Assembly (NCBI GenBank): GCA_045597885.1
Contig: JAZLKY010000275.1
Coordinates: 1 to 26,621 of the forward strand
From: Acutalibacteraceae bacterium
GTDB taxonomy: Bacteria; Bacillota; Clostridia; Oscillospirales; Acutalibacteraceae
DNA length: 26,621 nt
Reading direction: 5' to 3'
The position numbers and the translations under genes are program-made. Positions 24,094 to 26,621 of the stretch are shown here, one piece after another (positions within the stretch are counted from its first letter, which is position 1; each line of letters begins with the position of its first letter). The notes under the pieces were generated by a model that saw only the letters and a list, made by a program, of their open reading frames with translations, was not told the origin of the DNA and made no database searches.

Positions 24094-25422
24094 ATGGGGA
24101 TCAAAGTGGGAATGGTTTCGTTGGGATGTCCCAAGAATCAGATGGATGCCGAATTGATGCTCGCAAAGATCGAGCAGGCAGGTTTTACGCTCACGGCGGA
24201 CAGTGGGCTGGCGGATGTGGTCATCATCAACACCTGCGGCTTTATTGAAGATGCTAAAAAAGAGTCCATCGACAACATCTTGGAATTTGCCCAACTGAAA
24301 AAAGAGGGACAGATCAAAAAGATCATCGTGACCGGATGCCTGGCACAACGGTATCAGCAGGAACTGGCGGATGAGATGCCGGAATGCGACGGCGTGTTGG
24401 GACTGGGTGCCAACGGGGATATCGTTGCGGCGATCCGCACGGTGACGGCGGGCGAACCGTATCACCGTTATCCGTCGCTGGACTGCTGGCAGTTGGACGG
24501 TGACCGGGTGCAGACGACACCGCACTTCTTTGCCTATCTGCGGATTGCAGACGGTTGCGACAACCGTTGTACTTATTGTGCCATCCCCTATATCCGGGGG
24601 AATCTGCACAGCCGCCGGATGGAAACACTGGTGGAAGAGGCAGAAAAACTGGCGACAAACGGGGTGAAGGAACTGATCGTGGTGGCACAGGACACTACCG
24701 TTTACGGCAGGGACCTGTATGGCAAGTCCTGTCTGCCCGAACTGCTTCAGAGGCTGTGCCGCATTGACGGGCTGCAGTGGATCCGTTTGCTGTATTGCTA
24801 TCCGGAACATATCGAAGAAGAACTGCTCACCGTGATGGCGGCTGAGCCGAAGATAGTGCCGTATATGGATCTGCCCATCCAGCACGCCGCCGGCGGGGTG
24901 CTGAAGGCGATGCACCGCCCCGGTGACCGGCAGACCTTGACCGAGCGTATCCGTATGATCCGGGAGCGGGTGCCGGGAATTGTCCTGCGTACCACCGTGA
25001 TGGTCGGTTTTCCCGGTGAGACAGAAGAGAATTTTGAAGAATTGTGTGAATTTGTCAAGGAGATGCGGTTCGACCGGCTTGGGTGTTTTGCGTTTTCACC
25101 GGAAGAAGGAACGCCGGCGGCATCTATGCCGGATCAGATTCCCGACCGGGTGAAACAGCGCCGACGGGATATTGTGATGGAGGAGCAGGCACGTATTTCT
25201 GATCGGCTCTGTCGGGAAAAGATCGGAACAGAGATGACCGTTTTGGTCGAAGCATATGATAAGTATGCGGGATGCTGGTTCGGGCGCAGTGCGGGGGATG
25301 CCCCCGATATTGACGGCAAGGTGTTCTTTTCGGCTCCGGCGGGTGATGTTGCCCCCGGCGATTTGGTTCGTATCAAAATTACGGATGCCATGGACTGGGA
25401 TCTGATGGGAGAATTGTCCTGA
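24094..25422 (+). CDS. rimO: Ribosomal protein S12 methylthiotransferase (radical SAM, TRAM domain)
   Basis: SLGCPKNQMDAE, INTCGFIEDAKKESI, GCDNRCTYCAIP (CxxxCxxC) and DAPDIDGKV. Confidence 0.96.
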   Translation: MGIKVGMVSLGCPKNQMDAELMLAKIEQAGFTLTADSGLADVVIINTCGFIEDAKKESIDNILEFAQLKKEGQIKKIIVTGCLAQRYQQELADEMPECDGVLGLGANGDIVAAIRTVTAGEPYHRYPSLDCWQLDGDRVQTTPHFFAYLRIADGCDNRCTYCAIPYIRGNLHSRRMETLVEEAEKLATNGVKELIVVAQDTTVYGRDLYGKSCLPELLQRLCRIDGLQWIRLLYCYPEHIEEELLTVMAAEPKIVPYMDLPIQHAAGGVLKAMHRPGDRQTLTERIRMIRERVPGIVLRTTVMVGFPGETEENFEELCEFVKEMRFDRLGCFAFSPEEGTPAASMPDQIPDRVKQRRRDIVMEEQARISDRLCREKIGTEMTVLVEAYDKYAGCWFGRSAGDAPDIDGKVFFSAPAGDVAPGDLVRIKITDAMDWDLMGELS

Positions 25423-25487
25423 AGATAAATCTCTTAGGCGGCATTCTGCGGTTTTCCCAAAAAGAAAATGAAAGGAAGAAACATACG

Positions 25488-26081
25488 ATGAATTTACCAA
25501 ACAAACTGACTTTGGCACGCTGTGTCCTTGTCCCCGTATTTTTGGCGGCATTGCTTATGCAGTTTCCGTACCATTTTGCGGTGGCATTGCTGATATTTAT
25601 CGTTGCTTCGCTGACCGATCTGCTGGACGGCAAGATCGCCCGCAAACGGGGTTTGGTCACCAATCTCGGCAAGTTTCTCGATCCGTTGGCAGATAAGGCA
25701 CTGACCACCACGGCATTTTTGGGGATCATGTGTTATCGGACGATCGGTTGGTGGGAGACCCGCAGCCTTTGCTGGGCGTTGACACTGATCCTTGCACGGG
25801 AATTTGCGGTCACCTCGGCGCGCCTGCTCGCCGCACGGGACGGCAAGGTGGTCGCCGCCAGCATGGCAGGAAAGATCAAGACCGTGTTGGAGATGATCTC
25901 TATCATGTATATGCTTGCCTTGATGCAGGCGGTGGGCATGTTCGGACATCAGTGGGGGAAATCGGTTTTCACTGTTTTGGTGTTGATCGGACACGGATTG
26001 ATATGGATCTCGGTCGTGGCGGCTATTGTGTCCGGTATCCAATATGTGTGGAACTGTCGTCACTATTTTGCCGAAAAGTAA
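25488..26081 (+). CDS. pgsA: CDP-diacylglycerol--glycerol-3-phosphate 3-phosphatidyltransferase
   Basis: MNLPNKLT, TDLLDGKIARKRGLVTNLGKFLDPLADK (CDP-alcohol motif) and GKIKT. Confidence 0.95.
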   Translation: MNLPNKLTLARCVLVPVFLAALLMQFPYHFAVALLIFIVASLTDLLDGKIARKRGLVTNLGKFLDPLADKALTTTAFLGIMCYRTIGWWETRSLCWALTLILAREFAVTSARLLAARDGKVVAASMAGKIKTVLEMISIMYMLALMQAVGMFGHQWGKSVFTVLVLIGHGLIWISVVAAIVSGIQYVWNCRHYFAEK

Positions 26082-26089
26082 AAAAACAG

Positions 26090-26117
26090 TGGACAAATGA
26101 AAAATGTGCGGTATAAT
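26090..26117 (+). promoter_or_regulatory. SigA-type promoter for the T-box leader
   Basis: TGGACA, 16 nt, TATAAT. Confidence 0.6.
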
Positions 26118-26129
26118 GATATGTGTTGA

Positions 26130-26424
26130 ACGGCTATGAGCGGGAGAAGTATCCCGGCACGGCATGACAGAGAGGGGACGGCGGAACACATCCGGCTGTG
26201 ACTGTCCCTCATGTACGGCAGAGAGAAATGCACCCGGTCGCCTTCTGTGGGAAGATGCGATGCATTGCGTATCACAGGACGGATGTCTCCGTTATCGGAC
26301 GGGTTTTTGACAGGCATCTTTTCGGTTGCCTGACGCAAACCGAGAGTGAAAGACCGGAGTGGAACCGTGAGCATACTCACCTCCGTTGTCCCGTTTTTAC
26401 GGGATAACGGAGATTTACTTTTTT
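26130..26424 (+). ncRNA. T-box riboswitch leader with Cys (UGC) specifier
   Basis: 5' GCTATGAGCGGGAGAAGTA; AGAGAG and GCTGTGA stem I motifs; specifier GAAA-TGC-A (TGC at 26229-31); T-box GGAGTGGAACCGTG (26356-69). The downstream gene is cysE. Confidence 0.85.
26381..26424 (+). terminator. T-box attenuator terminator
   Basis: ctccgttgtcccg, loop ttttta, cgggataacggag, followed by atttactttttt. Confidence 0.85.
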
Positions 26425-26448
26425 AAGGGATCTGAAGGAGGGACGGCA

Positions 26449-26621
26449 TTGTTTGACAGGATGCGGGAGGATATCGCCACGATCCGGGATCGGGACCCGG
26501 CGGCATCGTCCGCTTTTGAGGTGTTCTGGCTGTATAACGGATATAAGGCACTGCGCTCCCACCGCCGTGCCAACTGGTTACAGAGGCACGGGATGCGGCT
26601 GCTTGCCCGATGGGAGTCTCA
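26449..26621 (+). CDS. cysE: Serine O-acetyltransferase, 5' part (runs off the window)
   Basis: TTG start after GAAGGAGG. MFDRMREDIATIRDRDPAASSAFEVFWLYNGYKALRSHRRANWL is a typical CysE N-terminus. It follows a Cys T-box. Confidence 0.88.
   Translation, partial: MFDRMREDIATIRDRDPAASSAFEVFWLYNGYKALRSHRRANWLQRHGMRLLARWES

Noticed and set aside
18946-24915. Long antisense ORFs (20038..21165, 21125..22243, 22280..23002, 23728..24915 and others)
   Set aside because: They are antisense to valS, metG, recX and rimO, with no RBS or domain evidence.

Overview
The window looks like Bacillota/Clostridia DNA (Oscillospiraceae-like by gene content; this is an inference). The right part (18.5-26.6 kb) is housekeeping: valS, metG, recX, rimO, pgsA, and a Cys-specifier T-box leader with the start of cysE. 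The middle (13.6-18.4 kb) is an AraC-regulated glycosidase module: a GH127/GH146-type enzyme, a five-bladed propeller glycosidase and an SDR. The left part (0.7-13.5 kb) is the main interest. It is a tightly coupled five-gene minus-strand operon of exported proteins with no family I can name. Three of them share a recurring D/N-L-N-x-G...Y-L-x-Y...A/P-I-T-D-I repeat resembling MABP-type beta-prisms. Two are clear paralogues carrying a long helical domain with a hydrophobic hairpin. Three end in the same non-LPxTG motif ([G/T]SAI[S/G][G/S]G + TM + K/R tail). A divergent 7TM protein and a PrsW-family intramembrane protease sit next to the operon. The block is bounded on the left by a double-truncation scar (SDR and AraC fragments) and on the right by a small inverted-repeat element with a 77-bp duplicated end. 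Domain assignments are by eye and need HMM or structure confirmation.
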